64,000 nt of DNA from Eledone cirrhosa (GCA_964016885.1 OZ024741.1:69750001-69814000), one strand, 5' to 3'; counted from the first letter of the stretch, positions 14,008-29,912 are shown. Translations and numbers: made by a program. The notes: a model not told the origin generated them from the sequence alone.

Positions 14008-16385
14008 TTATATATATATGAGAGGGCGGGGTAAACAACACCAGCACTGGGCTGGTACTTTATCAATCTTGAAAGGATGAAAGGCAAAGTTGAACCAGGG
14101 GAGATTTGAACTTAGAGCCAGAACAAATAGCAAGCCATTTTTAATCCATCACTCTAACAACTCTGCCAATTTGTTGTATTTCTAGGTACATTACAGAGGT
14201 GGTTTGTTATTGACTTCTTCCAGAGTTTAACTTATCCTAAGGAAGTAATTGATCTTGGTCCATCCATTAGACTTTCATAAAGGCCGAAGCTGAAGCATAT
14301 ATATAGTTTGCACCGTCTCACCCCACCCACTCCCATACATGTCCCATGAAGACAAGCTGAAGTATACATCCAGTGAAGCCTCCAGCCCACACTGTAAAGT
14401 TGTTGTGATGCCAATGCAGCAAAAAGTGCCCAGCCCACACTGTAAAGTGATCGTGTAAGTGTCATGGCATAAAACACCCAGTCCACACTGTAAAGTGGCC
14501 ATGTAGGCATCATGACAAAAAGCATCCAGTTCACACTGACAATGAGGTTGGCGCTAGGAAAGGCATCCAGCTGTAGAAACCAAGCCAAAATCGGTTCTGT
14601 ATGAGTAAGACATGGTCATCTGATCCAGCAATGTGTGGTCGTGACTGTGTGGTAAAATGGATGTTAAACAGTGATGACAATGAGGATGATAGTTTCTAAA
14701 CTCCCTTCACAAAACATTGTTTAACCCAAAGCTATAGAAAACACACTTGCCCAAGGTGCTGCAGATCAGGATCAAATCCAGAACTATTTGATTGTAAAGC
14801 GAAGTTTTTAACCACATGATCATACTTGTGCGTAAATACATGCCCTCATTACAATATTGGTTTCTAATTGAGGCATAAGGCCAACAATTTTGGGCAAAGG
14901 AAATAAGTTTATTATATTGACCCCAGCAGTAGACTGGAACTTTATTTTAATGACCCTAGAAGAATGAAAAGCAAAGATGATCTTGGAATTTAAACTCATA
15001 GCTCCGTGAGCTGGAACAAATATTACACAGCCTTCTATCTGATATTCTAATGACTCTGCCACTCCACTACCCTCACTCTCATAACAATAATTGATAATGT
15101 TTTTTTAAATTTTGGCACAAGGCCAACAATTTGGGGAGAGAGGTCGGAAAGTCGATTATATCAACTCCAGTACTTGACTGGTACTTTTTCTCAATCTCAG
15201 AAGGATGAAGGGCAAAGTTGACCCCAGCAACAATTTGAACATAGACTTTAAAGAGCCAGAATACTGCTGCTATATATTTATCCAATGCTCTAATAGCTCT
15301 ACAAACTCACCGCCATCATCATCATCATCACCGTTTAATGTCCATTTTTCCACACTAGCATAGGTTAGACGAGTTGTCCTGTTGTGAGATAGGCTGATTT
15401 GGGCTTTGTTTCTACAGATGGATGCCCTTAATAACAATTATTTATTATAGTAATTCCTAACTTAAATGCAAGACCACAAATTTAGAGAAAGGTGCATTTG
15501 ATTATGTTGACCCAGTACTTAACTTTTAGGTACATATTTTATTGATGCCAGGAGGATGACATGCAAAGTTAACCTTAGTAGTATTTGAACTAAAGATGTA
15601 ATGAGATGAACTAAAATGCTGCAAAGCATGTCACATTCCCAATAATAAATACTTTCTAACTTAGGCACATTCTCCAAGTAGTTAACCCTCTTGATACCAG
15701 CCTGCTGAGAATAAAGAATTATCTCTGGTTCTATGAAAAAAAAACCCACCCATGTTAAAAGGTACCTATTTGAATCAAAACCTCCCAGCGTAATTTTATT
15801 TAAGAACCATTTGTTATGTTATGTTACAAATACAGTCTTTATAACTAATAAATTTAATAAATCAGTAAAAATTCTTCATTAATTATTTAAAATAGTGTTT
15901 ATTTCATTAGAAATAAGATCATGAAAGGGTTCAGTTCAGTGCTGGATTTAGGACAAACGAGGCCCTGTGCTAGTTAAGTTACTTGAAAAGCTTTTGAAAA
16001 ATTCCTCATAAAAACTTTTTGGGGCAAGAAGATGGGTTCCTCCTTGGCCAATGGGGCTCTGTGCTTAAGCACACCTAAGCACAATGGTTCAGTTGCACAA
16101 CTTAGGCAATATAATTAGTGATGGATGGAAGGTTAGTGGCAGTGTTGTCACTAGAGAGTCACTGAGGATTGCAGGAGATGTTTAAGTAATTATTCATCTT
16201 ATTTGTAACATTTAAAAAAAAATGGCCTATCTGAAGTATGTGTGAAAAATGTAATGCCATACTGAATGAATGAAATGTATGCAGTAAGTGCATAGAATCT
16301 TCACTAGCTGGAGAATAATAGGGTGAGTATTATCTGATGGCTGTGTGGTGTTCAAAATCATAGCCTAAGCAACAAATACCTTTAG

Positions 16386-16602
16386 CCCTTTAGCATTTAA
16401 ACCAGCCATATTCAGCCAGAATTCTCTCATCTTTTTCTGTTCAAACCAGCCGTAATGGACCACTCATGCTGATGTTAAGGTATTGTTCTCAAAATAAATA
16501 TCAAAATCTCATAGATTCGATATTATGTGAGATAATTATGAGGGTAAAGCCTTTACTGTGAAAATATAATAGTCAATATAGAGTAATGTAAATGCTAAAG
16601 GG
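16386..16602. mobile_element. piggyBac-like MITE, family A copy
   Basis: ccctttagcattta ... taaatgctaaaggg|ttaa, body collinear with 13787-14007. Confidence 0.8.
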
Positions 16603-17437
16603 TTAAGTAACTGATGAGGGAGCCTCTATGTAGAATTAGCCACTAAGTCTCCCTCGAATGAATCTGTTGATCATGCACTTTGTCATTTGTCTAACTACAT
16701 ATGTACCATATGTTTGTGTGAGCAGGGCTGACTCGGGGCTAAACATCATCAATAACAAGAGGCTGATGTATGCACGAGAGATAACTGTATTAATATACAA
16801 AAAAATATGCTATGTGATTGAATGAAAGATGCATGCTTGCTGGGTGGTAGTGGTGGTGGAGTGAATAAATTCCACAAAGCAATGTTTAGAAAATACTTGT
16901 GGTAGACAAAGGAAAACTGTAGGAGAAATAATTGGGTCAGAGCAGAGAAAATTGGCCTGTGCATATGAAGTGGTATAATATGACAGACGGCTGAGTTGAT
17001 AGGGTAGATAAGGTATTAGAGATCCATTACATTGCGGTTGGCACTTCAGATACTGTGATAGCTGCTGTAATATTAAGTCTGTGGCCTAAACACTAAACTC
17101 TTAATGGCAAAGGTCTTCAACATACTCTAAATAAGAACTGACAATTAGGGGAAACTGTACTTGGCTGTTTGACATAAATATCAGTGATACCACCATATCA
17201 CATTCTAACAGAAAAGGAAAGATACTTTGGACAAATTAGTTCCGGATATACAAAAATACTGGAATGGTTAGAATGCTTACAATTATGGAGATCAGTAACA
17301 ATAGGAGCTGCAAAGTAGTATAGTTCATTGCTATAGGTAATAACATTATTGAATTGACAAATGTCTTCATTATCTAACAATGTAAATACATGTAAAACTT
17401 TCCTAAACTCCTAGGGGCTTATAAATAAAGGGCTGAG

Positions 17438-17735
17438 CAGCGGCATAACTAGGGAAAATAGCACCTATGGCAAGCAGTGAAATTGCGACCCTGCCCAGCA
17501 CTGTATTTTTACCTATGGGCCTAATAATTTATATAAATGTTTTAATGATCCAGCTACCATAATGTGCTCACCCCTGATAATAAGAGATAGATCGTACATC
17601 TGAATGAATTTCTTTTTTCACCCTCCGATGAGATTTATTTGACTTTAATAGAACATGCTCCTAGTCGAAGTGGTGCCCCCTTCATGTGGTGCCCATGGCA
17701 TGTGCCATGCTTGCCATACCCAAGTTACACCTCTG
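17438..17735. mobile_element. hAT-like MITE
   Basis: Imperfect TIRs cagcggcataactaggg / cccaagttacacctctg. Perfect 8-bp TSD gggctgag at 17430-17437 and 17736-17743. Confidence 0.75.
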
Positions 17736-20700
17736 GGGCTGAGGCTATGTCTGTGGTTTATAGCTTTAATCATTTTGATACCAAACTGTCTAAAACAGCC
17801 CCTAGTTCTATGATACAGATGTTTCTGCTTATCTAAAATCTTCCAACATAATTTTATGTAAGAACCTTTATGTTACAAACACCAGATTGAAAAGGAAAAT
17901 GTTAGTTATATTCTTAAATCCCTCCAAATTTTTCATTATTGTCAAAATTAATCATAAATCAGCTATGCTTTAACGCATAGAGTTACGGCCCTTGCCATTC
18001 TGAGTTTGAATCCTGCCGAGGTTAACTTTGCCTTTCATCCTTACGGGGTTGATAAAATAAAGTACCAGTAATGCACTGGGTAATTGCTGGCCTTGTGCCA
18101 AAAAGTCGAAACAATTATTATATTGAGGTGTGGTAACTGAATATATACATATGCACCACGTCCGAACACAATGGAACCAAACTCCAACTGTCACTGCCTC
18201 CGTCTTTCCCACTCTCCCCATCTCTCACTATCAGGCTGTGTGTTTCATTAGAAAGGGATAAGAGATCGAAAGTCAAATCTGTCATGTGCTAAGGACAAAA
18301 GTCTATCTTGGGAAACCTTCCTAGCTTATTACTCTCCTTTCAATTTGGTGAATGAATCAGGATGTATAAATTTATTAATGCCACTCTAATACATAAGGAT
18401 ATGTTTACAGTGAAAGGGAACTCAATATTGTATCTACTTGGCCATTTCACTTCTATTTAACCCTTTAGCTCTATATTTACTATTGTATTTTCATGGTAAA
18501 CACTATTTTCACATAATTATCTCACATAATATTGAATCTATGAGATTTTGAGAACAATACCTTAACATTGGTTATGGCTGGTTTGAACAGAAAGAAGTGA
18601 GAGAATTCTGGCCGGATACAGCTGGTTAAAATGCTAAAGAGTTAAGAAAACAATGACAATTCACTCTGAAGCTCACAAGAAAGTTTTTATGTGGTTACTC
18701 AACCTGCTAGAGATAGCAGCCAAATCTCCATATAACAGCCTGTTTTAAATAAACGATATGAGACAATGTAGTCCTAAATATACATCTTTGGTGTTTCACA
18801 AGGGATTCAATAGGATTATGGAACTAACCACTACCATAAGAAAGATAACATGAGCCAGTAAAGCAATTACTCTGATCACTCTCTCTCTATATTGTCTTTT
18901 AAAAAAATAGCTACATTGGGCAATGTATGTATGGAAGCATAACACCTGATAAAGTTGTTGGAGCTCTTTAAACCTGGCAGATTCCATCCCCTCTCCAGGT
19001 CTGAATACATTTGATTTCTTCCAGAGAAGGAGAGAAATAGTTAGAGAAAGGAAGTAAGGAAGTGATAAAGAGAAAGAATAAGAATTGACCTCAGTACTGT
19101 ACTGATACTTTTTTTTTACTGATATCAAAAGGATCAATGGCAAAGTTGACCCTAGCAGTATTTGAACTCAGAATGCAGAGAGCTGGCAAAGTTGACCTCA
19201 GCAGGATTTGAACTCCGAGTGCAGATGCTGGTAAAGTTGAATTCAGCAGGATTCGAACTCAGAATCCAGAAAGCTGGCAAAATTGAACTCGGAGTGCAGA
19301 GAGCTGGAATAAATAACCACAAAGTATTCCATATGACATCCACATTGGACATTGTAGTCCTAGATATATAATGAGATTCTGTTGTTACAGCTGGAATGTC
19401 TTTGATGTTAGGTTTGTTCAGTCAAGATTGACCTGGGTCTCAACAATAACAATATAAGATAGTGAAGAAGTCAGAGTGTTATTTGTGATGAGAAGAATTT
19501 CCATTTTAGCAGGTGTGTTTGGAAGACAATCACAATGTCAGTAAAGAAAGAACTGGATATTTAATTCATCCTCATTATTGTTATCATTATTTTATGTCTA
19601 ATTTCCATGTTTTCAAGGGTTAGATGAGTTGTTACATTCTGATGTCAGGTGACTGTATCAGAGTCATATGTTTCATTTTAGGCTTGTTCTTACAGCTGGG
19701 TGTTCTTCCTAATGCCAACCACTTTATGCCATGTATTGGGTGCATTTTATTGTGGAACTGGCACTACCACATTTCAGTACTAGAGTGTTTGTTGTCCTTG
19801 GCCAGGCTGGAGAGGTAGTGATAGGAATGGTGGGGTAGGGCACATGCTGCTTGCTGGGGAAGGGGATGTGAAGGAGAGGTGGCCTTAAAAAGTGATGTCT
19901 GGTGGTACATTGTTTAGTGCACCCATCTTTCTATGTTGGTATGCGTGATGGAGGAATCTAGAAAGGGAGAAATTCTAGGGATAGAAGCTAGACAGCAACA
20001 TAGGAAGGGGGCATATTGGTAGGGGGCACCTAAATATCATTGACTGAGAGAGTGAGCACGCAATGTAAATATTGGTTATGGTCTGATTTACAGCTGACTA
20101 AATATATCAATGTCAGCTTATAACATGAAATATTGGCTGTTCTCATCACCATTACATTAAGTCCTTTGTAGCAATTCTTGATAGTATTGTGGTAACTATT
20201 CCAGACCTGTCAACTCTCTCTATCCAATGGGGGAAATTTGTAATAGCCTTTGGATTGGGTGAGAATTGTCTTCTCTTGTGATAATGGGTATAGCTTTCAT
20301 TGTCTAAAATCTCCTCATTTTGCCTAATTTCTACCTGCTTTGTGGCACTTTTTTTCATGGTACTCCCTGTTTAGGTTTTTAGAGGTTGGCAGGTTTGCTA
20401 TTCCCACTTACAATGCTGGGGACCTTGGTTCTGTCCTCTGTTGGCAAGATAGTCCATCCTTTTATGAGCCAAAGAAAAAGTTGGTTGATCTTCTGGCAAT
20501 ACCTTAGCCACTAGGTGCATACCCTAGTAGTTAGCGCATTGGACTCAGATTCATAAGGTCGTAGTTTCAATTGGCAATGCACTAATAAACAAATTTACCT
20601 TTCCTTATTGATCGATACTGATTAATTGGCCTTCAATTATTTATAATATAATAATATATTGGGAGGTAATGATGATAATGTTGATGCTCATCATCATCAT

Positions 20701-22079
20701 CGATTAACGTCCATCTTCCATGCTTGCATGGGTTAGACGGGTCTTATTTTGAGGCAAGTTGTTTCGAGTCACCGTGTCTCGCTCATATAGTGGTGTTTCT
20801 GGCTGGTTTTCTACGGCTGGATGCCCTTCCTAACGACAACCATTATAATTTATTGTAAGTGTTTATCCAGTTTAGAATAGGTGCACCATATCCTTGTATG
20901 TCATAGGAAGCAGGTAGGTATCAGGAAGAATATCCATTGCCTCAGAATATCTCACCCAATCCATGCCATCATAGAAAAGTCAATGTAAAAATGATGATGA
21001 TGATGATATAATATTTCATGATTAATCACAATTATGGAGTTATGATTTGAAAGCACATGATGACAAAATTAGGTTGATTTTACCGTAGGAGGTAACATTA
21101 GAGTCTGCAAGAAATCAGCTATTTTCTGAAAGTTGAAAAATGTTGATGTTTTTACATTATAATTTACAAGTTTTTAAATTTGATCATTAAATTTTATTTT
21201 ATTTTTTTTTGTTTGACTAAAGATAACAAGAATCATTATTGCTGCAAAATATTTAGATATCTTTAAATAAACAAATAATCAAAATCATTATATTTTTAAG
21301 AATTAATTCCTATTAAAAAAAAAAAAATCAATAAAACACACATCCTCTCAGTGTGTGTACCCCCCTGTAGATTAAAGGATGTCAAAGTGAGACACTCCTA
21401 CCTGTCTGAGTGTTAGGACATGGGAGGTGAATGGAAGGGGGTGGAGGTGGTGCACACTAGATGTATGCTTCAGCCTGTGCTCATAGGAAGTGTATGGCAC
21501 TTTTACCATAGCTGAAGATTAACCAAAGTTTGGTTAACATGCTCACGGCAAAACTATATAAAAGTTTATTGAGTCATAAGTAACAGGACAATCAATACAT
21601 TTTTTGCGAGGTTAACAGATAACCTTTTGAACATCTGCTTATATTTGTGTGATTCACCATGGTTATATTTTTTTAACTACCTTTGTTTGATGTATTCATA
21701 ATTTTATAATGTATGACCAGAATTTTAATATCATTTGGAATATAAATGTTGGATTACTCGGTTACTTATGACTCATGCTGTTTATGGGCCCATGTACAAT
21801 TTTTTAACCCCACAGTGGTAGTGTCACTGCTAATTAGCCTGTCAAGCCTGCACTATATCTAAATAAGCTATCAGCAAAACTAGCTTATTTCTGAAACCTA
21901 TATAAGTAAGTAGCTTTATGCTTGTTTCACCTCAGTATCTTGTAGTAAGTATGTGTATACTGACAAAGAAGTAATACAATTATTGAATTTTGAAATCTAT
22001 AGATGATCTTACACGGTTAATCAGGTACACACCTTTCTCTCTTACAAGGTCCATAAAATGTCATCATCATCATTTTTAC

Positions 22080-24115
22080 GTATGTCCTCTGTAGTCACTA
22101 CCATGCAGTATCCCACTTTGCATACAGACATCATACAATTGTCCTTTTGTTTGTAGGGAGAAATCTTTTGTTGTCAACAGGGAAAGTATTATAGTAGCTC
22201 TCTAAACTTTTTCCATCCTATCCTTATTCTAGCTATTTTGCTCTTGGAGCACCCTTCTTTGCAGCTAATTAGGTCACCTAAATAGCAGAAGCGATCAAGC
22301 ACTTCTATGGGTCCCTCCTGTGACTGCAATAGGTTTATATCACTGGCTTTCTTCCCTTCAGTTACCCCTGTGAATCTTCTACATACAAAGTATTCCCTTC
22401 CTGTTAGTCTACCTGTTATCCTACTATATCTCTTGTGTACTCAATCAAGATTAACATTGTACACATATTATAGAGTTTATGCCTACTCTCTTTCTACATA
22501 TTGAGCAGGGCCACTTCCCTAAAAGAATCAGGCCCTTATTTTCTCTCCTATGCACTAGCACTTTAGTTTTGGCTAAGTTTAGCCCCAGACCCTTTGATTC
22601 CAATTTTTTTTTCCATAGTTGGAACTTATTCTTCAGTTCTTTTATAGATTCAGTTATAAAGACCCCCCCCCCCCCCGATCACCCACATAGAGAAGTTCTT
22701 ATGGAGAGCCGGTCTTAGAATCCTCTGTTATGACCTGGAGAACTATGATGAATAGCAGTGGGCTAAGAACCGAACCTCAATGAATTTCCTGTACCTTGAA
22801 TTCCTCACTACATTCAGTTACTACTCTCACTTTACTAACAGTTCCTCTGTACATGGCTTGCTCTGCCCTCACCAGCCATTCTTCTACACCTAATTTCTTT
22901 AAGGACCACCAGATAATAGATTGAGGTACTCTGTCAAAGGCCTTTTCTAGTTCAACAAAAGCTAAATATAGCAGCTTATTCTTGGCTAGGAACTTCTCTT
23001 TTAGTTGTCTCACTAAAAAGAGGGCATCTGTAGTACTTTTTCCAGGCATGAAATCAAACTGCATCTCATCTAATTAGCTGTGCTATAACTCTTTCCAACA
23101 CTTTCATAACTTGGTCCATTAGTTTTATTCCTCTATAGTTGTTCCTTTCTAGAGCATCACCTTTGCCTTTGTAGCAATTTATGATTGTATTGCTGCGTCA
23201 GTCATTGGGTATGACTTTGTCCTGTATTTCCTGATTGATTATGCAAGTTACTAGTTCAACTCCTACTTCTGATCTTTTTAGCATCTCGGCAACTATCTCT
23301 GATGGTCCTGTAGATTTACCATTTTTCATCTCTTTGATTGCTTCTTTAAACCTGTAACTGTCAAATTTAATAGCTGGTCCTTCTGTTGGGAGTAGTCAGT
23401 CCTCCTCTCATTCATTCTCTATGTTCATCAGTTCCTCATAATAACATTTCCAGGCTTCATTCTTTTGAGCATCAGTGGTGCTAAGTACACCAGTGTCATT
23501 TCTAACACATTTTCCCCAACAACATTCTCATTTACACTGATTTGCAATGTGGAACACTTCATGTTTCTGATCCTCGCGTCTCAAGATATTGGCAAACTTT
23601 CATTTTTCAGCCTCTCTCTCTGAGCTGTGTAAACCTGTCATCTAGCTTCTCTCTAAGCTACTTGGTACCAGTCTCTTCTATCCCCATTTTTCTAGTCTTT
23701 CCATGCTTGTTCTTGGCTTTAACGGCTCTATCCATTGTGCTGCTTCACCACCAAATCACCCTCTGTCTGTCAGTTTACTCTAGCGACAAGTTTCAGTAGT
23801 TCGCGGAAGGATGCCATGTAAGAATTCACCAATTGTCCTCTATTTTATATGTATTTAGCTCGTCACCCCTCTCATTAAATTAGGGCCTTTCTAAACCTAT
23901 GTTTAACTGAAAGGCCATTTAGCTTCCAAACCCTCTGTCTCCATATTTTCCTGCATATCTTCTCTTATTTCATCTCTATTCTGATGTCACTAACAACCAG
24001 CAGCATATTCTTCCCCAGGGAAGGCTTTAGCATTTATTACAATTCGTTTACCTCATTGCCTTACAAGTAAGAAAACAGTTTGGCTTGTGTGTTTGCCTGA
24101 CTGATATGTGATCAG
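22080..24115 (-). mobile_element. Degenerate RTE LINE (endonuclease end through RT)
   Basis: ORF 22777-23064 reads MQFDFMPGKSTTDALFLVRQL..AFVELEKAFDRVP. Flanks give CYKGKGDALERNNYRGIKL and FCYLGD with many stops and frameshifts. Confidence 0.85.
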
Positions 24116-26827
24116 GTAACAAATGAAAATACTGATGTCTATATGATATAATTGACTAAAACCCATGGAGGTGATGTTCCAGCATGGCTAGAGTCCAACA
24201 ATTGAAATCAATAAACGAATATGATGTGTGTGTTTTTTTAGTCATGGATGCCTCCAATTTGCTTGCTCCTATAAATTCTTATTTGCAATTTTTTTCAATG
24301 GATAATTTTGAATCTAGAGCAACAAGCAATCCTAATTGGTCTGGTGTTATTGTCAGGACAACTAGGTCTGTTATCTCAACCTCAATTTATTTAAGAGCTA
24401 ATGATCTCAGTCTGAGATAATTGACTACATTAGTGTTTGTTAGTGTCATGAAATTATCAATGTCTCTCTGAACAAATGTTTAATCATGTGTTAGTAACTA
24501 TCAGTTTCATCTAACTGCAGGTAGGGAATAAGTACCAAGCTTTTCAGAGGATATTTACTTGTTCTATTACCAAGAACATACTCTGTTTATCTCCAGGAAG
24601 TTAGCAGAAAATATTTAAAAACATGTTTTTTTAATTCAAATATTTATAGTATCTTTATTGGTAAATAGACTGTTGTGAAAATTTGCAGTATTGGAGTAAA
24701 GGCTTTAATTTTTAATGTGATGCGGTCATAATGTTGTTTTGTGCTTTTTAAGAAAGTCTCATTAATGCGACTGCATGTGGTGCAGTTAAGAGTTAAACTA
24801 TGTGAATGAAGCCAAATCTAAGCTCTGGCTATGATGAGCCTGTTTAGGGCACTGAAATATTTTACATTTAATATATTTTCCAGCTTAGTTGTTGGTTTGT
24901 TGAGAAGGTGCACATCCCACTTTCACATTATTTTCATATTTTTTGTATAAAAAAGACAATAAAACAAAATAGGTATTGCTTTCTGTTAAAAAACAACAAC
25001 AACAAATCCTATAATGTTGGATTACAGTTAAATGAAGTCCTGGTGGGAATTAATGGGTATTATTGCCATGATGTGATAGAAGGGAGATCAAAAACCCAGT
25101 CTTCAGCTATGTGACTCTATATGTATACTATTGTGTCTTACAGTTAAATGAAGTCCTGGTGGGAATTAATGGGTGTTATATTATTTATTATTTTTTAAAG
25201 GAGAAAGGACAGTGTTTTATGACCCTCACCCAGAATCTGAGACTTGTGAGAGGACGGGAAAAGATCAATGGCTCTGAATGCATGCGATACATTGCATATG
25301 GCTAAAGGCACCCATGAGGCGGATGATGAGATTAAAACAGGCAGTGGATTATATGTACCACCAAATTTTGAGAGAGTTATATATAATCTATAACATTTAA
25401 AAATAACACCGTGAAGTGGCCGTTTTGGTGCCACAACAAAAAGCATCCAGCCCACACTGTAAAGTCAGCTAAAAGTGCCCAGTTCACACTGTATAGTGGT
25501 TGTGTTGGTGCCACAATAAAAAGCACCCAGTCTACATTGTATATGTGGTTGGCATTAGGAAGGGCACCCAGCTGTAGAAACCAAGCCAGAAATAGTTTTG
25601 TATGAGCAAGACATGGTCATCTAATCTGACTTGTCTCACAATGGGACAACCTGTCTAACCCATGCTAGTATGGGAAAATGGAGCTAAACAGTAATGTTGA
25701 TAACTAGAAATAAATATGTGGTAAACAAAAGAGTATATCAGTGAAGTGGTGATGAAGGAAGAACCACTAAATAAATGTACAACATTTACACTTGTTGGCA
25801 TAGAAAACTAGAAATGTTTTGAGAATTCAGTTGGATGGTTTTGTCTACTGAGAATTATTTAGCATCCTCCATAGACATAACACACAAATGTCAGAGACTT
25901 CAGCTAGGGGGCTGGCTGGTAGTTTAACAACTAGGTCAACTACAGATCTCAAATACTGTCAATCCTTTATAATTGCTGTGCTAAGCTGAACCTTGGCATT
26001 ATCATTTTGGACCTTGTTTAAAGTGCATGGTAGTATTTGACAGAAAAAAAAAAAAAGTTTTATTTAACAGGGCAATAAATAATGATGATTCTAAATTTTT
26101 GAACTGAAAACAGACTACATCTATTTACTTTTCATTCTTCTGTGATCTAAAATATTTGTAATAAAATAGTATACATTCAAATAAATATAACTTTCTATAC
26201 CAAATGTGTAGTCTGCCTCAGTATGAGTGTGTCCATGAAACATATATATATATATATATACACACCAGGTCTGAACAGAAAGGGACCAAACTCTTACTGT
26301 CACTATAGTTTTATGATACACATTAACAAGCAAGAATCGTAGATGTTTAACCCGAGGTCAGCCGTGATTGATCGGAACATTCTAGCCATACTCCTCAAAT
26401 TCATCTAGAGATATTTTAGACTATATTAGTTGATATTGGAGATTAGAATACCAAACTAAATATGTTATTACAGCATGAAACCACATTAGCGTGACATTTT
26501 TTGAAAAAAATAAAAACTATGGCTGCATCACATTAAAAATAGAAGCCATTACTTTGATACTGCAAATTTTCACAACAATCTTTTTACTAGTAATGATACT
26601 ATAAACAAGCATATGAATTAATAACAAACCCATTTTTAGATATTTTCTGCTAAATTTTTACAGGTTGTTAAGAGTTTAAAAGTATATTTATATTATAAAG
26701 AGAAACAATGATTATATTTTTAATTTAAAAACAGCAAACTAATGATATAAACAACATTCATTGTTCAAGTATAGCAATAAGAATGTTATAAAATGTTTGA
26801 TCACAATGTTTCATCTGTACTAATTAA

Positions 26828-27258
26828 CCCCTTTGATACCAAACTGCCTGAATCTGCCCTGGATTTATGTTGTAAGGCTGCTCATTTTAAAATGTTTATT
26901 CTTTATATTAAAATCTTTCATCATAATTCTATTTTAGATATTTTAAAATAATTGTTTCTACTTTAGGCACAAGGCCAGCAATTACCCAGTACATTACTGG
27001 TACTTTATTTTATCGACCCCGTAAGGATGAAAGGCAAAGTTAACCTCGGCGGGATTTGAACTCAGACTGTAAAGGGACGTAACTATGCTAGAAAGCATGG
27101 CATCCAACCCTCTACCGATACTGCCAATTCACCGCCCTGATATTTTAAAATAATGTCCTAAATATTGGCTTACTAATCACTTATTTTGTTTAAATTCTTC
27201 CAAATATTTGGTTATTTTCAAAATGAATTGTTTCATTAGAAATATGGTAATAAAAAGG
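26828..27258. mobile_element. piggyBac-like MITE, family B, containing a SINE
   Basis: ttaa|cccctttgatacc ... ggtaataaaaagg|ttaa. Related copy at 15686-15929. Confidence 0.6.
26953..27138 (-). mobile_element. tRNA-derived SINE, 16-bp TSD, nested in a TTAA MITE
   Basis: Same family as 30272. TSD gatattttaaaataat at 26937-26952 and 27139-27154. Confidence 0.88.
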
Positions 27259-28954
27259 TTAATCATCTCTACTTGAATTCTATTAAATAACTATCAAATC
27301 GCAAAGCTGATCTGATATACCAATCCTTTGCTTCAATTTCTTTCCTATCTTGAGAGTGAAAGAACTCAATATCTTGTATAAATGTGTGTGTGTGTGTGTG
27401 TGTGTGTGCATGATTGACAAAATCGTTACTGTGGTTCACAATATATCATAGTTGTCAAATGCATGTGGTAATAACGGTATTCCTTTACATTGCCATTTAT
27501 CATAACATTGATCTATGATTTATTTGCAATAATATTGAGCTGTGTGTTTGCCCTTCTGTTTGATACTTGTTCAAGGAAAGATTTCTTTGTGTCTCCTCAA
27601 ATTATGCTGAGACTGTTTTTCTCCAATGGTCTTTTGCATACTTTTGTATTAATTCTACTCTGCTTTAAAGCATCAAGGACATTGCCAATGGTGTTCTTCT
27701 ATATCTTGGAATCAATGCAGAAACATATGACCCTCCTGTCTGACCCATGCAAACATAGTAAATCAGATGTAAAAAGGATGATGAGGATCTTAGGTTCATT
27801 TTTGTAGATTTGCTATTATTTTTTTTACATATTTTGCAAACCATTTCAGTTTTTATGAGCCCTATTTTTGTAAGCTGCATCAATGTGTGAAAAATAAGGA
27901 TTGTTAATTTAGACACAAGACCAATAATTTAGGAGAAGGAAAAGTTGATTAAATAGGTCCCAGTACTATACTAGTACATTATTTTATCGACCCCAAAAGG
28001 ATGAAAGGCAAAGCCGACAATATAAAGAGCCAATGAATGCCACAAAGCATTTTGTTTGATGCTCCACCGATTCTATGACTCCACTGCTCTCATGTGAAAA
28101 ATAATGCCACTGTGTGGGATTGAACCCATAAAGACAGCAATAATTAGTGCTGCTGTTATTATCATTACTACTATAACTGGATGCAGGAATGGTCAAGAAG
28201 TTAATTCTCAACCATGAAGTTCTCAGTTTGATTCCACTTAGTGGCATTATAAGCAGTTATCTTTTACCATAGTCAATCTAGAGCTATGTGTGAAATTGTA
28301 AAGATAGAAACTGTGGAAGCTTGTCAGATGGATTGTGCCTGTAATTCAAATGTCCAGCTGTATCATGTTTCATGCTCAATTGAGCGAATTGATTAACAAG
28401 ATCCCAAGCATCAAACACTTACCAAGTGGGGTGGAACTCATCAAATTGGACCAAGGAAACAATGTTTCCATTGTTGATACTATTTAGCAGTTGAAACTCC
28501 TGGCAGAAAGAGCAATGTGAAATAAAGTGTCTTGCTCAAGGACACAACACATCACTTGGTCCATTAATCGAACTCACAACGTCACAATTGTGAATCTAAT
28601 TCTGTAACCACTAAGCCACACACCTTCATGCTGATTGTCTTTATAATTAGATTAATATTTTGTATTTTAATTTAAAAATTTGGGAAAGATTTATTAAAAT
28701 TATACTTTATTAAGATGGCACTTGTAATATGACAGTGTTTTTATATATAATTATGCTGGATGAGTATCCAACTGTAGAAAAACCAATCCAAAAATAGATT
28801 GTAGAGCAAGACATGTACACCTGACTTGCTTAACTTCATAATGTGTCAACCCGTCTAACCCATACAAACATGGAAAATAGACATTAAATGGTGATGATCA
28901 TGTGCTGTTTGTAAAGAATAAATATGATGGTGATAGCTAAAACACCTTTAATAA

Positions 28955-29273
28955 CACTGGTCAACACAGTTTTTGCTGACTTAAGTTTTGTTGTTGTTTT
29001 TAGCTAATTTTGAGGTACTGATTCAAATATGGCATCCATTTCCCCCTATCACATCAGGTTTTCATGTTTGTCTTTCACTTGGCTATCCCATAAACACAGT
29101 CTCCATTCATGAGGATCATACAATAGAGCACCCATCACTTTTAAGAGTCACAACCACGTCACAATATGATAGAAAAAAGTATTGACATTTTCAAACTCAG
29201 CAGCCTCAACTTACTCAAGAACAGATCTCAAAATTAGGTCAGCAGAAAAGAAGCAAAGTTTTGTTGACCAGTG
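28955..29273. mobile_element. Tc1/mariner-type MITE
   Basis: TIRs cactggtcaaca..tttgct / agcaaagttttgttgaccagtg, followed by TA. Confidence 0.65.
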
Positions 29274-29912
29274 TATTAGGTTTGCTAGATCATGACTGAC
29301 CTGTGACTAAACATTTGCATACATTTACTTAGAGTGAATTGGCAACTGGTTTCTTTTCTTTTTTTTTTATTTCTAGGAAAGCTACTTGCAGTTGATTAGC
29401 ATTCTATCAAGGGGAGTGTGATTTATCTCTCAATACTAAAAAATATATCTTTCGATTAGCTTTCTCTCTGTTATTCTTGTTTCTTTCCGTCTTTCTCTCT
29501 ATGTTTTGTCCTTTTTTTTCTCTCTTTCTATGTGTCTGTCTCCCCCCCCCCCCCGTTTTCTATGTGCCTCTCTTCTCCCTCTTTTCTCCCTATCTTCTCT
29601 CGCTCTCGTTCTCTGCCCCCACTCCCTGCTTTCCTTCCTCCTTTTTTTTATCTACATCTCTTTTTTCCTTGTCTCCTCCCCTCCTCTTTCCTTTCTAACC
29701 CCCCCCCCCTCACCCACTTTCCTTAGTACCCCTCCCTTGCCCAGCCTCCAATTTTCCACATCTCTTCTCTCAGCCCCCTCCTCACCACCCTGGGGCCAAC
29801 ATGGCTAGTCTATGTGTGCCTGTGATACTAATCATTGATGTGTTAATGTATCCTGCTGTATAGGCTCACTCACTGACTCAGTCTGTTAGCCTGTCTGCCT
29901 GCATGTCTGTCT